A DNA stretch of 64,000 nt from Bacteroidales bacterium (lineage in GTDB: Bacteria; Bacteroidota; Bacteroidia; Bacteroidales; UBA12077). Position 1 is the stretch's first letter; the number at the start of each line of letters is the position of its first letter. The notes under the pieces were generated by a model that had not been told where the DNA came from, searched no databases, and saw only the letters and a list, made by a program, of their open reading frames with translations. Of this stretch, positions 26,548 through 36,583 are shown one piece after another. The stretch covers positions 260,363-324,362 of the forward strand of contig JAZBOG010000007.1 in assembly GCA_036351015.1 (NCBI GenBank). The letters are read 5' to 3'. The position numbers and the translations under genes are program-made.

Positions 26548-29076
26548 ATGAAGAAACTTTTACTCAATTTATTTTTAGGACTTTTAGCGTTTGGTGCTTT
26601 TAGTCAAACACCAGATAACTGGACGGTTATTTCTTCGGATGTTACCATCGAAGAAGAAACAACCACAGTAAACGAAGGTAGTAAATCAGCAAAAGTAACC
26701 TGGACAAGTACAGACAATCAGGATATTGAGTCTGATGCGATTGATGTTACAGGAGATGCTGATTACTCTTATAGCCTGGATGTATATGACGATACAGATG
26801 CAGGACGAGTAAGAATGGTTCTGGTTTTTGATGATGGAACAAATGTTTATTCCAATGTTTATTCTGTAGACCAGGCAAGTTGGCAAACCCTGAATATTAC
26901 AGGAACAGTTCCAACTGCGGCTACTACTGTAATTATTCGTCTGAGATTTTATGATGAAAGTGGTTTTTCTGCAAATGGTAATACGGCTACAGTATATGTT
27001 GATAATGCAATATTTACTTTAGACGGGGGATCCAACCTGATACTGAATGGTGGTTTCGAATCCTGGCCAGCTTTTTCAAGTATTGTAGATGTTAATTATG
27101 TGAGCGAAACAGCTTTAGATGTGGTATATGACGGCCCGGTGTCTTCTGTTGACCCTGCTGATTATAATTTATCAGGTACCGCTGACATTACCTTCTCGGC
27201 AGCTGCTGTTGATGGATCCGATAATACGTTGGTTCACCTTACCGGAGCCTCTGCCAACATCGAGGGTGATGCTACATTGGATAATATTGCCGATGCCAAT
27301 ACTAATCTTGATTTTTATGCAGGTATTATTCCTATTGCTCATACCAACCAAACCTATAGCGGTGGAATTATTAACAATGATGTTAAAGCAACTTTTACCG
27401 GAATTGTTTCTGCCAACGATGAATTTAACAATGTTTGGATTGCTGATGCTGAAGGAGCCTACAATGGTATTTTGATTTTCGATTATAACTTCGATGCAGA
27501 TGTTGTTGTTGGAGATGAGATATTACTTACTGCTGAATTAACACAGTATAATAATTTATCCGAATTAACCAGCCCTTCATTAATTGAAGTGATTTCATCC
27601 GGAAATACTCCCTATGGACCCAGTGTTATTACTGCAGATGTTATTAACCAGGATATCGCTGCAGACACTGATCCAGCTGAACAATGGGAGGGACAGCTGG
27701 TAACTATCGAAGGTGCTAAAATTACCAAAGGATTAGATGCATCTGATTATTTCTATTCTGCGAATGTTGGTGACGGTACCGATACTTTCAGAATTGGTGA
27801 TAATGTTAATTACCAGTTAAGTGATATCAGTCTTTCTGTTGGATCTGTTTATAATATTACTGGAGTTGTCGATTATGAAGATGGAGCTTACAGAATTAAT
27901 CCAAGATCCATGGATGATATTGAAGCAATTATTCCAAGTATTGTTAAAGCCTATTCTATTAGCGATGATGCCATTGAGTTAATGTATGATAAATCTTTAA
28001 CCAGTGTTGATCCTGCAGATTATAACTTGTCGGGAACAGCAGATATTACCTTCTCTTCAGCAACCATTGATGAAACAAATGATAAAATGGTACATTTGAC
28101 GGGAGCTTCTGCTACCATTGATGCCGATCTTACCATTGATAATATTGCCGATGCAAATTCAAGTCGTGATTTTTATGCTGGTATTATGCCTATTGCAAAT
28201 ACCAATGCCAATAATCCCGATGGTACAATTAAAGAAGATACCCTGGCCACCTTTACAGGTATTGTTTCTGCCAATGATGCCTTTAATAATGTATGGGTAG
28301 CTGATGCAGAAGGAGCTTACAATGGAATTTTAATCTATGATTATGATTTTGCAGGAGAGGTTGCAGTAGGTGACGAAATATTATTTACTGGGATCCTTGA
28401 TATTTACAACAATTTAAGTGAAATTAAAAATCCAGTGTTAGTTGAATTGATTTCCTCAGGTAACACTCCTTATGGTCCGTCAGCAATTTCTGGTGCCGAT
28501 ATTAGCGATGCTATTGCAGCTGATACAGATCCTGCAGAAGGTTGGGAAGGTCAGCTGGTAAAAATAACAAACGCTACGATTACTGCTGATGTTGATATGA
28601 ACGAAGGAGGTGGTCATTATTTTTATACTGCTACAGATGATGACGGAACAACTACCTTTAGAATTGGTGATAATGTAGACTATGAGTTTGCCAATATTAC
28701 ATTGGATGTGGACGCAAGTTATGATATTACCGGTGTGGTTGATTTTGATAAAGGAGCTTACAGAATTAACCCCAGATCAATGGATGACATTGTAGCCAGC
28801 ACTACCGGCATCGATGATATTGACGAAATTGGAACGGTAAATGTGTATCCTAACCCAAGTAATGGTCTGTTTACTTTCGAAATGAATGCCAGTAAAGCAG
28901 GAACTTTCAACGTAGAGATCATTAATATCCAGGGTCAGGTGGTTTATGAAAAACAGATTACATCCAGCGGTTTCTATCAGGAATCCATCGATATTAGCGA
29001 TAAAGCTAGTGGATTGTATTACATTCGACTGAATGACGGACAATCCATGAAGATTGCTAAGATTCTGATTCAATAA
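26548..29076 (+). CDS. T9SS cargo protein with internally duplicated ~286-aa module and C-terminal sorting domain
   Basis: Signal peptide present. The T9SS C-terminal domain pattern is VNVYPNPSNGLFTF...GLYYIRL...KILIQ. Two long homologous modules make up most of the body. Confidence 0.8.
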   Translation: MKKLLLNLFLGLLAFGAFSQTPDNWTVISSDVTIEEETTTVNEGSKSAKVTWTSTDNQDIESDAIDVTGDADYSYSLDVYDDTDAGRVRMVLVFDDGTNVYSNVYSVDQASWQTLNITGTVPTAATTVIIRLRFYDESGFSANGNTATVYVDNAIFTLDGGSNLILNGGFESWPAFSSIVDVNYVSETALDVVYDGPVSSVDPADYNLSGTADITFSAAAVDGSDNTLVHLTGASANIEGDATLDNIADANTNLDFYAGIIPIAHTNQTYSGGIINNDVKATFTGIVSANDEFNNVWIADAEGAYNGILIFDYNFDADVVVGDEILLTAELTQYNNLSELTSPSLIEVISSGNTPYGPSVITADVINQDIAADTDPAEQWEGQLVTIEGAKITKGLDASDYFYSANVGDGTDTFRIGDNVNYQLSDISLSVGSVYNITGVVDYEDGAYRINPRSMDDIEAIIPSIVKAYSISDDAIELMYDKSLTSVDPADYNLSGTADITFSSATIDETNDKMVHLTGASATIDADLTIDNIADANSSRDFYAGIMPIANTNANNPDGTIKEDTLATFTGIVSANDAFNNVWVADAEGAYNGILIYDYDFAGEVAVGDEILFTGILDIYNNLSEIKNPVLVELISSGNTPYGPSAISGADISDAIAADTDPAEGWEGQLVKITNATITADVDMNEGGGHYFYTATDDDGTTTFRIGDNVDYEFANITLDVDASYDITGVVDFDKGAYRINPRSMDDIVASTTGIDDIDEIGTVNVYPNPSNGLFTFEMNASKAGTFNVEIINIQGQVVYEKQITSSGFYQESIDISDKASGLYYIRLNDGQSMKIAKILIQ
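27079..27936 (+). repeat. Intragenic tandem repeat, unit 1 (~858 nt)
   Basis: The motif VDPADYNLSGTADITFS begins at nt 27148 here and at nt 28006 in unit 2, giving an 858-nt offset (286 codons). Similarity runs through the whole unit. Confidence 0.85.
27937..28806 (+). repeat. Intragenic tandem repeat, unit 2 (~870 nt, contains a ~4-codon insertion)
   Basis: See unit 1. The end is approximate: both units end RINPRSMDDI. Confidence 0.8.
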
Positions 29077-29108
29077 TATTCTTCAACAGACCTTGTCTGT
29101 TTGTAATT

Positions 29109-29145
29109 AAAAAAGCAGCTCCTAACCCGGGAGCTGCTTTTTTTG
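29109..29145 (+). terminator. Rho-independent terminator after the T9SS cargo gene
   Basis: GCAGCTCC / GGAGCTGC stem followed by a T7 run. Confidence 0.8.
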
Positions 29146-29273
29146 TCTTGTCCAACGGATATTTTAACTGCCGGAGGCAGTCCTGCCTGTAGATATAATC
29201 ATTTAAGCCAATGATTCTTATGAAATCATTTTAGAAGGATCCTTTAATAACCTTCCCGATTGTTTGTTGGATA

Positions 29274-29311
29274 TAAAAAAAGTAGCTCCTAATTAAAAAA
29301 GCTACTCTTTT
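29274..29311 (-). terminator. Probable terminator of the acyl-CoA synthetase gene
   Basis: AGTAGC / GCTACT stem with A-runs and T-runs on both sides. Confidence 0.5.
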
Positions 29312-29344
29312 CCGGATAAAAATATAAATTGGTATTTGCCTAAA

Positions 29345-31222
29345 TTATCCTTTTTTTATGGTTTTTTTTATTCCGTTCCTGATCCCGTTTTTAATTCCAC
29401 TGGTAATATCACTTACCAAAAAACGGTTCTTCTTTTGTTGTTTTTTATCATGCTGATAGATCTCATCAATAATATCCTTATATTTTTCAGAAACAACATT
29501 CCGTTTTAATTTCTGGGTAGGCGAAAGTTCACCGGTTTGTGGACTCCATTCTTCGCACACCAGTCTGAATCGTTTGATCTTTTCGGTTTCGCCCAGTTCC
29601 TGGTTGTATTTATTAATTTCCTTCTGGTAGCGGGCAACCACTTCCGGTAGCTGAACCAGTTCCTGGTTATCCCTGTACTGTACTTTATGAATAGAACACC
29701 AGTCGTGTAAAAATTTAAAGTTTGGCGAAATTAGAGCACTGGCAAACTTCTCATTTTCCCCGATAACCATGAGCTGCTCAATGAAGAAAGATTCCTTTAG
29801 CTTATTTTCAATAACCTGTGGGGCAATATATTTACCCCCGGAGGTTTTAAACATCTCTTTTTTACGGTCGGTAATTTTGAGGTAGCCCTCTTCGTCGAGC
29901 ATGCCAATATCCCCGGTATGAAAAAAACCATGGTCATCAATGACTTCCCGGGTTAGTTCTGGTTCTTTATAATAGCCAAGCATGATGTTCGGTCCTTTAC
30001 AAAGTATTTCGCCATCCCCGGCAATCTTAACCTCCACATTTTCCAGCACAGGACCCACTGTTCCAAATTTACAACGGAGGGGGGTGTAATGATTAACGGC
30101 AATTACAGGCGATGTTTCCGTTAAACCATACCCTTCAAGTACCGGCATTCCGGCGGCCCAGAAAATTTTTGCCAGGCGTTCCTGGAGGGCCGCTCCACCC
30201 GAAACAATCAGCATGTCTTCTCCTCCAAGGGCTTCTTTCCATTTACTGAAGATCAGCTTACGTGCAATTTTTAATTTCGAATTATAAAAAGGCCTGTTCT
30301 TCCTGGTTAGTTTATATTTTAATCCCAGGTTCACCGCCCAGAAAAAGATCTGTTTTTTTACATAGGGCAGATTTTTCCCTTTACCAATAATTCCGTCATA
30401 TACTTTTTCTAAAAGCCTGGGTACGGTGTTAAAGATATGAGGTTTAACATCCTTAATATCTGTAGTTATTGTGCCCAGGTTTTCAGCATAATAGATACTG
30501 ATTCCTTTATACTGAAAATGGTAATTCATCATACGCTCGTAAACATGACATAAGGGAAGAAAGCTTAAGGTCCGGTGATCTTTGCTCAGGCCATGAGCTT
30601 TTGAGGTGCTGATGAAATTGGTTACCAGGTTGTTGTGCGAAAGCATAACTCCCTTAGGATTTCCGGTTGTGCCAGAGGTATAAATTAACGTAACCATCTC
30701 CTCTTTATCAATTCCTGATTTTATCTCGTTTACCTGGTTCCGGAATTTGGCTTCATGCTTTTTCCCTTCATCTACAATCTCCTCCCACGAGGGAATATCA
30801 TCTATCGGATTGAATGAATAGACTTTTTCGATGGAATTTTGTTTTTCAACGATCTCGTTGATCTTATTCCAGATCAGCTGTGAAGAAAAGATGAGTGCCT
30901 TTACCTGTGAATGATTTAAAATATAGTCATACTCCTCAGGACCGATCGTAGGGTAGATCGGGACATGGATAATCCCTATCTGTGCCATGCCCATATCCAT
31001 GAAATTCCATTCAGGGCGGTTGTTGGAGATCGTAGCTATTTTATCTCCTTTTTTAAATCCCAGGGCTAAAAGTCCGCAACTTACCCAATGGGCATAATTA
31101 ATATAATCCCGGGAAGAATATTTTATCCATTCACCATTTTGTTTTCCGGCGAATGCATCCTTTTTATCAGCATACAATTCATTATATCTGTCGAGCAGAT
31201 CGAAGGTCCTATTGATTTCCAT
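29345..31222 (-). CDS. Long-chain fatty acid--CoA ligase (AMP-dependent synthetase)
   Basis: AMP-binding motif LIYTSGTTGNPKGVMLSH, plus the GYGLTE and TGDIG motifs. The track start at 31294 is TTG. The ATG at 31222 (MEINRTFDLL...) is the more likely start. Confidence 0.85.
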   Translation of the reverse strand: MEINRTFDLLDRYNELYADKKDAFAGKQNGEWIKYSSRDYINYAHWVSCGLLALGFKKGDKIATISNNRPEWNFMDMGMAQIGIIHVPIYPTIGPEEYDYILNHSQVKALIFSSQLIWNKINEIVEKQNSIEKVYSFNPIDDIPSWEEIVDEGKKHEAKFRNQVNEIKSGIDKEEMVTLIYTSGTTGNPKGVMLSHNNLVTNFISTSKAHGLSKDHRTLSFLPLCHVYERMMNYHFQYKGISIYYAENLGTITTDIKDVKPHIFNTVPRLLEKVYDGIIGKGKNLPYVKKQIFFWAVNLGLKYKLTRKNRPFYNSKLKIARKLIFSKWKEALGGEDMLIVSGGAALQERLAKIFWAAGMPVLEGYGLTETSPVIAVNHYTPLRCKFGTVGPVLENVEVKIAGDGEILCKGPNIMLGYYKEPELTREVIDDHGFFHTGDIGMLDEEGYLKITDRKKEMFKTSGGKYIAPQVIENKLKESFFIEQLMVIGENEKFASALISPNFKFLHDWCSIHKVQYRDNQELVQLPEVVARYQKEINKYNQELGETEKIKRFRLVCEEWSPQTGELSPTQKLKRNVVSEKYKDIIDEIYQHDKKQQKKNRFLVSDITSGIKNGIRNGIKKTIKKG

Positions 31223-31395
31223 AACCTGTAAGATTGATTCGTTGGCTTCAAATATACAAATATTTATTTTTTTGGGTTCATGTTTAACATTCAAGAGGGA
31301 TCAATTGTTGAAATCCCGCAAAAAGTTTTGTACTAAAATTGGGGTAGAATTCGTTAAAGTTGGTATTTTTAACGGGAAAAATAAAAAAATATACC

Positions 31396-32694
31396 ATGAA
31401 AAAAATTATTGTTCTCCTGTGGATTGGATTTTTATTTGGCTGTACCAACGAGAATCCCGAATCTGTTTTAAATGTTATTGCAGAGGATTATGTTAAACTT
31501 GTTCTGGAAGTAGGGCAGTACGATCCCAACTTTGTAGATGCTTATTATGGACCGGATGAGTGGAAACCAAAACCTTTAAGTGAGGAATTAAGTGCAAATC
31601 CTCCCTATGATGTTCTTCTGGAAAAGTCCTCCTTGTTGCTCGGTCGAATCAACAAAATTTCCCCTCAAACCCTGGATGAATCCCTGCGTTTACGTCATCT
31701 GTTTTTACAAAAGCAGTTAATCGCTGTAAAAGGAAGAATTGAGATGCTAAGCGGAAAAAACTTCTCTTTTGATGAGGAAACAAAAGTATTATATGATGTG
31801 GTAACCCCCGACTATACCGTTGAACATTTTCAGTCGTTAATTGACGAGCTGGATCAGTTGTTGCCCGGAACGGGCAGTCTAACAGAAAGGTTGTCAGCTT
31901 TTAAGAAGCAATTTATTATTCCGGAAGAAAAGCTCGATACCGTTTTTCATGCTGCTATCCGGGAGGCCCGAAAAAGAACGTTAGACTATATCGATCTGCC
32001 CGCCAATGAGAACTTTAAACTAGAATTTGTTACGGATAAACCCTGGGGGGGATATAACTGGTATAAAGGGAATAATTTTAGTTTAATCCAGATTAATACT
32101 GATTTGCCGATCTATATTGACCGGGCTATTGACCTGGCAAGCCATGAGGGTTACCCCGGGCATCATGTTTTTGCCTGTTTGCTTGAGTCCAGGCTTGTAA
32201 AAAGCAAAGGGTGGGTTGAGTATTCCGTATATCCACTGTTTAGCCCCCAGTCGTTAATTGCCGAGGGGACGGCTAATTATGGTATTGAGATGGCTTTTCC
32301 TTCCGACGGAAAAATTAAATTCGAGAAAGAGGTGTTGTTTCCCCTCGCCGGGCTTGATCCTGGTCAGGCAGAGAGGTATTATCAGGTGTTAAACCTGGTT
32401 TCAGAAATTTCTTATGTCCGAAATGCTGCTGCCGAGGCCTATCTCGACGGTGAAATGTCGCGGGAAGAGACGATCGAATGGCTGGTAAAATATGCTTTAC
32501 GCGACAGGAGAGGAGCCGCCCAGAGTTTAAAATTTATCGAAACCTACCGTTCGTATGTTATCAACTATAATGTTGGACTGGATATGGTAAAAGCTTATAT
32601 GGAGGAGAAAGGAGGTGAGTCAGCAGAAGATCGTTGGGAAACGTTCGAATATCTTATTTCTACTCCCCAGGTTCCTTCAAACCTGGTAGAATAA
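31396..32694 (+). CDS. DUF885-like putative zinc-dependent lipoprotein
   Basis: Lipoprotein signal MKKIIVLLWIGFLFGC and the HEGYPGHH motif (HExxPGHH, as in DUF885). The track start at 31360 is TTG. Confidence 0.5.
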   Translation: MKKIIVLLWIGFLFGCTNENPESVLNVIAEDYVKLVLEVGQYDPNFVDAYYGPDEWKPKPLSEELSANPPYDVLLEKSSLLLGRINKISPQTLDESLRLRHLFLQKQLIAVKGRIEMLSGKNFSFDEETKVLYDVVTPDYTVEHFQSLIDELDQLLPGTGSLTERLSAFKKQFIIPEEKLDTVFHAAIREARKRTLDYIDLPANENFKLEFVTDKPWGGYNWYKGNNFSLIQINTDLPIYIDRAIDLASHEGYPGHHVFACLLESRLVKSKGWVEYSVYPLFSPQSLIAEGTANYGIEMAFPSDGKIKFEKEVLFPLAGLDPGQAERYYQVLNLVSEISYVRNAAAEAYLDGEMSREETIEWLVKYALRDRRGAAQSLKFIETYRSYVINYNVGLDMVKAYMEEKGGESAEDRWETFEYLISTPQVPSNLVE

Positions 32695-32713
32695 GGCAGA
32701 GGGCACTAAAAAT

Positions 32714-32748
32714 AAAAAAGTGAGGGATAAATACGCCTCACTTTTTTG
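32714..32748. terminator. Bidirectional terminator between convergent genes
   Basis: AAAAAAGTGAGG ... CCTCACTTTTTT. Confidence 0.75.
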
Positions 32749-32771
32749 TTTGTTATTTTAAATTTAAGGCC

Positions 32772-35411
32772 TTAGTTAAGGTATGATTTTATGTTCTCAA
32801 TGGCCTTTTCAAGGCCGGCGGGATTTTTACCCCCGGCAGTGGCATAGAATGGTTGTCCGCCGCCACCTCCCTGGATTTCCTTGGCTACTTCACGGATAAT
32901 CCGGGATGCATTCCAGTTTTTTTCTTTTACCAGGTTTTCCGAGATCATAATGGATAAATTGGCTTTTCCATTGATCTCGGCTCCAAGTGCCAGGACCAGG
33001 TTTTCCACTTCATTTTTAAGTTGAAAAGCAATGTCTTTTATAGCTGAGGCAGAACTTAAACTTACGATTGATCCAATAAAACGGATTCCATGGATAATCT
33101 CGATTTGCTCTTTTAAATGATTTTTTACCGCCTGGGCCTGCTGGTTCACCATTTCTTCGATCTGTTTATTCAGGTTGGTTACTTCGTTTATCAGGTTCTG
33201 AACACTTTCGACAGGTTTTTTCGGATTTTTTAACAGGCTTTTAATCTCGTTGAGTTCATTAACCTGTTCAAATACATATTCAACCACTTTTTCTCCGGTT
33301 ATTGCCTCTATTCTCCGGATACCGGCTGCGACTGAACTTTCACCAAGGATTTTAAAAATTCCGATTTGTCCGGTATTATTCACATGGGTTCCGCCACAAA
33401 GCTCTATAGAATCATCAAATTTTATTACACGCACAGTATCCCCGTATTTTTCTCCGAACAGGGCAAGGGCCCCCATCTCTGAAGCGGCATCCATGGGGAT
33501 GTTTCGGTGTTCTTCAATTTCAATGTTTTCACGTATTTTTTCATTTACAAGATGTTCGATTTCCATTAATTGCTCCTCCGTGAGCTTCTGAAAATGACTA
33601 AAGTCAAAGCGTAAATAATCAGGATGTACCAGTGAACCTTTTTGTTCCACATGGTTGCCCAATACCTTGCGTAAGGCATAATGCAGCAGGTGAGTGGCGG
33701 TATGATTATTGGCCGTAGAAACTCTTTCTTTGGTATTAACGACCGCTTTAAAGGTTGCTTTCGGATCGACAGGGAGTTTGGGTGTAATATGTACATTGAG
33801 GTTGTTCTCTTTAATGGTATTAATGATCGGAACCTTTTCACCATTCGCCTCAATATAACCTGTATCCCCAACCTGACCCCCGCTTTCGGCATAGAAAGGG
33901 GAAAGGTTGAAAATTAACTGGTAAAATTCCTTGTTTTTCTGTTTTACTTTCCGGTAGCGGGTGATTTTTACCTCTGTTTGGAGATAATCATATCCAACAA
34001 ATTCCTCTACTTCGTCTTTATATAGCTCAACCCAGTCGTCGGTAGTTAAGGCTGAAGCACTTCGCGACCGATTTTTTTGTGATTCCATTTCTTCTTCAAA
34101 CTCTTTTTTATTTACAGCCAGTTTATGCTCCCTGGCAATCAGCTCGGTGAGGTCCAGGGGAAATCCATAGGTGTCGTAAAGCTCGAAAGCTACTTTCCCT
34201 GGAATAACATTATATTTTTTTTCTGTTATATTTTTTATGATTTTATCCAATAATCGAATGCCCGTTTCAAGAGTCTTTAAAAAGGAAGCTTCTTCCTTAC
34301 GAATGACTTTTTCGATCAGCTCCTGTTGTGTTTTAAGTTCAGGATAAGCATCTCCAAGAATTTTGATCAGTCCCGGAAGCAATTTATACATGAACGGATC
34401 TTTAAGATCCAGGAAAGTATACCCATACCTTACAGCTCTTCGCAAGATTCTTCGGATTACATATCCGGCTTTAACATTCGAGGGGAGTTGTCCATCGGCA
34501 ATAGAGAAACTTATGGCCCGCAGGTGGTCAGCAATTACGCGCATGGCTATATCCGCCTGATGATTTTCACCATAGGGCTTTCCTGAGGCTTTGGCAATCG
34601 ATTGAATAATGGGCTGAAAAATATCGGTATCGTAGTTGGATTGTTTCCCCTGTAAAACCATGCATAAACGTTCAAAGCCCATCCCGGTGTCCACATGCTT
34701 TTGCGGTAATAGCTCCAGGGAGCCGTTTGCTTTTCTGTTATACTGAATAAATACCAGGTTCCATATTTCGATCACTAACGGATGGTCTTGATTTACCAGT
34801 TTCTCCCCGGGAACCTTTTGCCGTTCTTCATCACTTCGCAGGTCAATATGGATTTCTGAGCAAGGTCCACAAGGTCCGGTATCTCCCATTTCCCAGAAAT
34901 TATCATGCTTCGATCCGTTGAGAATTCTTTGTTCAGGAAGAAAATTTTTCCAATGCTCTTTGGCTTCGGTATCCAGATCCAATCCGTCTTCTTTACTTCC
35001 TTCAAAAACAGTGACATATAATTTTTCGGGATTAATCTTCATTTGATCAACCAAAAATTCATAGGCCCATTCAATGGCTTCCTTCTTAAAATATCCACCT
35101 GCCGGTTGGGCAGGGTCTCCCAACGACCAATTTCCCAACATCTCAAACATCGTATGATGATAGGTGTCATGGCCTACTTCTTCCAGGTCATTATGTTTGC
35201 CCGACACTCTTAAGCATTTTTGAGAATCTGCAACCCTTGAGTACCTGGCTTGTTTGTTTCCCAGGAATATATCTTTAAACTGATTCATCCCCGCATTGGT
35301 AAACATCAGGGTGGGGTCGTCCTTGATAACCATTGGTGCAGAGGGGACTACAGTATGTTTTTTGCTTTCAAAAAATTGTAAAAAAGTGTTTCTAATTTCT
35401 TTCGAATTCAT
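32772..35411 (-). CDS. alaS: Alanine--tRNA ligase
   Basis: Class II AlaRS pattern ([10 protein letters not shown], ...GNWSLGD..., CGPCSEIH), the editing-domain HTATHLL motif, and 879 aa. Confidence 0.95.
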   Translation of the reverse strand: MNSKEIRNTFLQFFESKKHTVVPSAPMVIKDDPTLMFTNAGMNQFKDIFLGNKQARYSRVADSQKCLRVSGKHNDLEEVGHDTYHHTMFEMLGNWSLGDPAQPAGGYFKKEAIEWAYEFLVDQMKINPEKLYVTVFEGSKEDGLDLDTEAKEHWKNFLPEQRILNGSKHDNFWEMGDTGPCGPCSEIHIDLRSDEERQKVPGEKLVNQDHPLVIEIWNLVFIQYNRKANGSLELLPQKHVDTGMGFERLCMVLQGKQSNYDTDIFQPIIQSIAKASGKPYGENHQADIAMRVIADHLRAISFSIADGQLPSNVKAGYVIRRILRRAVRYGYTFLDLKDPFMYKLLPGLIKILGDAYPELKTQQELIEKVIRKEEASFLKTLETGIRLLDKIIKNITEKKYNVIPGKVAFELYDTYGFPLDLTELIAREHKLAVNKKEFEEEMESQKNRSRSASALTTDDWVELYKDEVEEFVGYDYLQTEVKITRYRKVKQKNKEFYQLIFNLSPFYAESGGQVGDTGYIEANGEKVPIINTIKENNLNVHITPKLPVDPKATFKAVVNTKERVSTANNHTATHLLHYALRKVLGNHVEQKGSLVHPDYLRFDFSHFQKLTEEQLMEIEHLVNEKIRENIEIEEHRNIPMDAASEMGALALFGEKYGDTVRVIKFDDSIELCGGTHVNNTGQIGIFKILGESSVAAGIRRIEAITGEKVVEYVFEQVNELNEIKSLLKNPKKPVESVQNLINEVTNLNKQIEEMVNQQAQAVKNHLKEQIEIIHGIRFIGSIVSLSSASAIKDIAFQLKNEVENLVLALGAEINGKANLSIMISENLVKEKNWNASRIIREVAKEIQGGGGGQPFYATAGGKNPAGLEKAIENIKSYLN

Positions 35412-35570
35412 AAAAATCTATATTAAAAACAGTTAAAACTCCTTAATTCAATAAGAAAATAAATTTTATTTTTATTATCAGGGGTTGTAAAATTAATTTT
35501 TTTAAGTTAGATTTGTCGCTAACGTTGTGTTTTTTTTAGTATTTAATATAAATTTTATAGTCATTAAATT

Positions 35571-36542
35571 ATGCTTAAGGTCAAATATCAGTTTGATTCT
35601 AAATCTCTCACCTTTAAAAAAGTTAAGTTAGTTCGGAAGCAAATTATTATTAGATTTCTTCTTTTTTTACTGGTTACCGGTACTTCGGCTTTAGTGCTTA
35701 ATTTAATCTATTCCTCTTATTTTCAAACACCTAAAGTAGCCATGCTCGCGGAAGAGCAGAACACGATCTTATCCAAATATGATATCCTTAATGCACAAAT
35801 TGCCGAATTCAATCAGATTATTGCCGACATAGAACACCGGGATGATTATGTTTACCGAACGATTTTTGAACTGGAACCAATCCCAACTACAGTAAGGGAG
35901 GCCGGTTTTGGAGGTGTTAATCGATATGCCGAATTTGAGAGTTATGATAACGCTGAAATATTGATTAATACCTACAAAAAGTTAGATGTTCTTTCCAAAA
36001 AATTATATGTTCAAACCAAATCCTTTGATAAGGTGATTGAATATGCCCGCAATAAAGAGAAGATGCTGGCAGCCATTCCAGCGATTCAGCCCATTGCTTT
36101 AAAAGATTTTAACCGGATTAGTGATTATTTTGGCTCACGGAATGACCCTTTTACCGGCAAGCGGACCATGCATCATGGAATGGATTTTACAGGTCCCGAA
36201 GGGGCTGATATATTTGCTACCGGCGATGGTGTTGTTGTTGAAGCTGGGTATTCATTTTATGGATATGGAAACCGGGTAACCATTGATCATGGCTATGGGT
36301 ACGAAACCATTTATGCACATTTAAAGGACATCAAAGTTAAAGAAGGAGCACAGGTGACCCGTGGTGATGTTATTGGTACCCTGGGAAATACCGGCCGTTC
36401 GACAGGAGCACATTTGCATTATGAAGTACGGTTAAATAACCAACCGGTAGATCCTATTAATTATTATTTTAATGATCTTACTCCCGAACAATACGATTTG
36501 ATGATTGCTACTTATTCAAAAAGAAGAACTCCGATGGATTAA
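35571..36542 (+). CDS. M23 family metallopeptidase (membrane-anchored), paralog 1
   Basis: HHGMDF...GDGVV...DHGYGYETIYAHL...GNTGRSTGAHLHYEV are the LytM/M23 motifs. One N-terminal transmembrane helix. Confidence 0.85.
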   Translation: MLKVKYQFDSKSLTFKKVKLVRKQIIIRFLLFLLVTGTSALVLNLIYSSYFQTPKVAMLAEEQNTILSKYDILNAQIAEFNQIIADIEHRDDYVYRTIFELEPIPTTVREAGFGGVNRYAEFESYDNAEILINTYKKLDVLSKKLYVQTKSFDKVIEYARNKEKMLAAIPAIQPIALKDFNRISDYFGSRNDPFTGKRTMHHGMDFTGPEGADIFATGDGVVVEAGYSFYGYGNRVTIDHGYGYETIYAHLKDIKVKEGAQVTRGDVIGTLGNTGRSTGAHLHYEVRLNNQPVDPINYYFNDLTPEQYDLMIATYSKRRTPMD

Positions 36543-36560
36543 TATTTTAAAATAAATCCT

Positions 36561-36568
36561 TATATTTG
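36561..36568 (+). promoter_or_regulatory. Candidate -7 promoter box TAtaTTTG for the second M23 gene
   Basis: Exact match to TAnnTTTG, 16 nt upstream of the ATG at 36584. It overlaps the TTG used as the start by the ORF track. Confidence 0.4.
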
Positions 36569-36583
36569 AACCGTAAAGTTTCT

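Noticed and set aside
27119-28300. Pro/Leu-rich alternative-frame ORFs (27119-27475 and 28118-28300) that appear twice in the T9SS cargo gene.
   Set aside because: They recur only because the underlying DNA is tandemly duplicated. They are off-frame, have low-complexity composition, and have no independent start context.
29109-29311. Two hairpins in one intergenic region share the 9-mer AGCTCCTAA, which could indicate a MITE or REP-like element.
   Set aside because: Each hairpin sits exactly where a terminator is expected for one of the convergent genes. The shared segment is short, and I saw no further copies elsewhere in the window.
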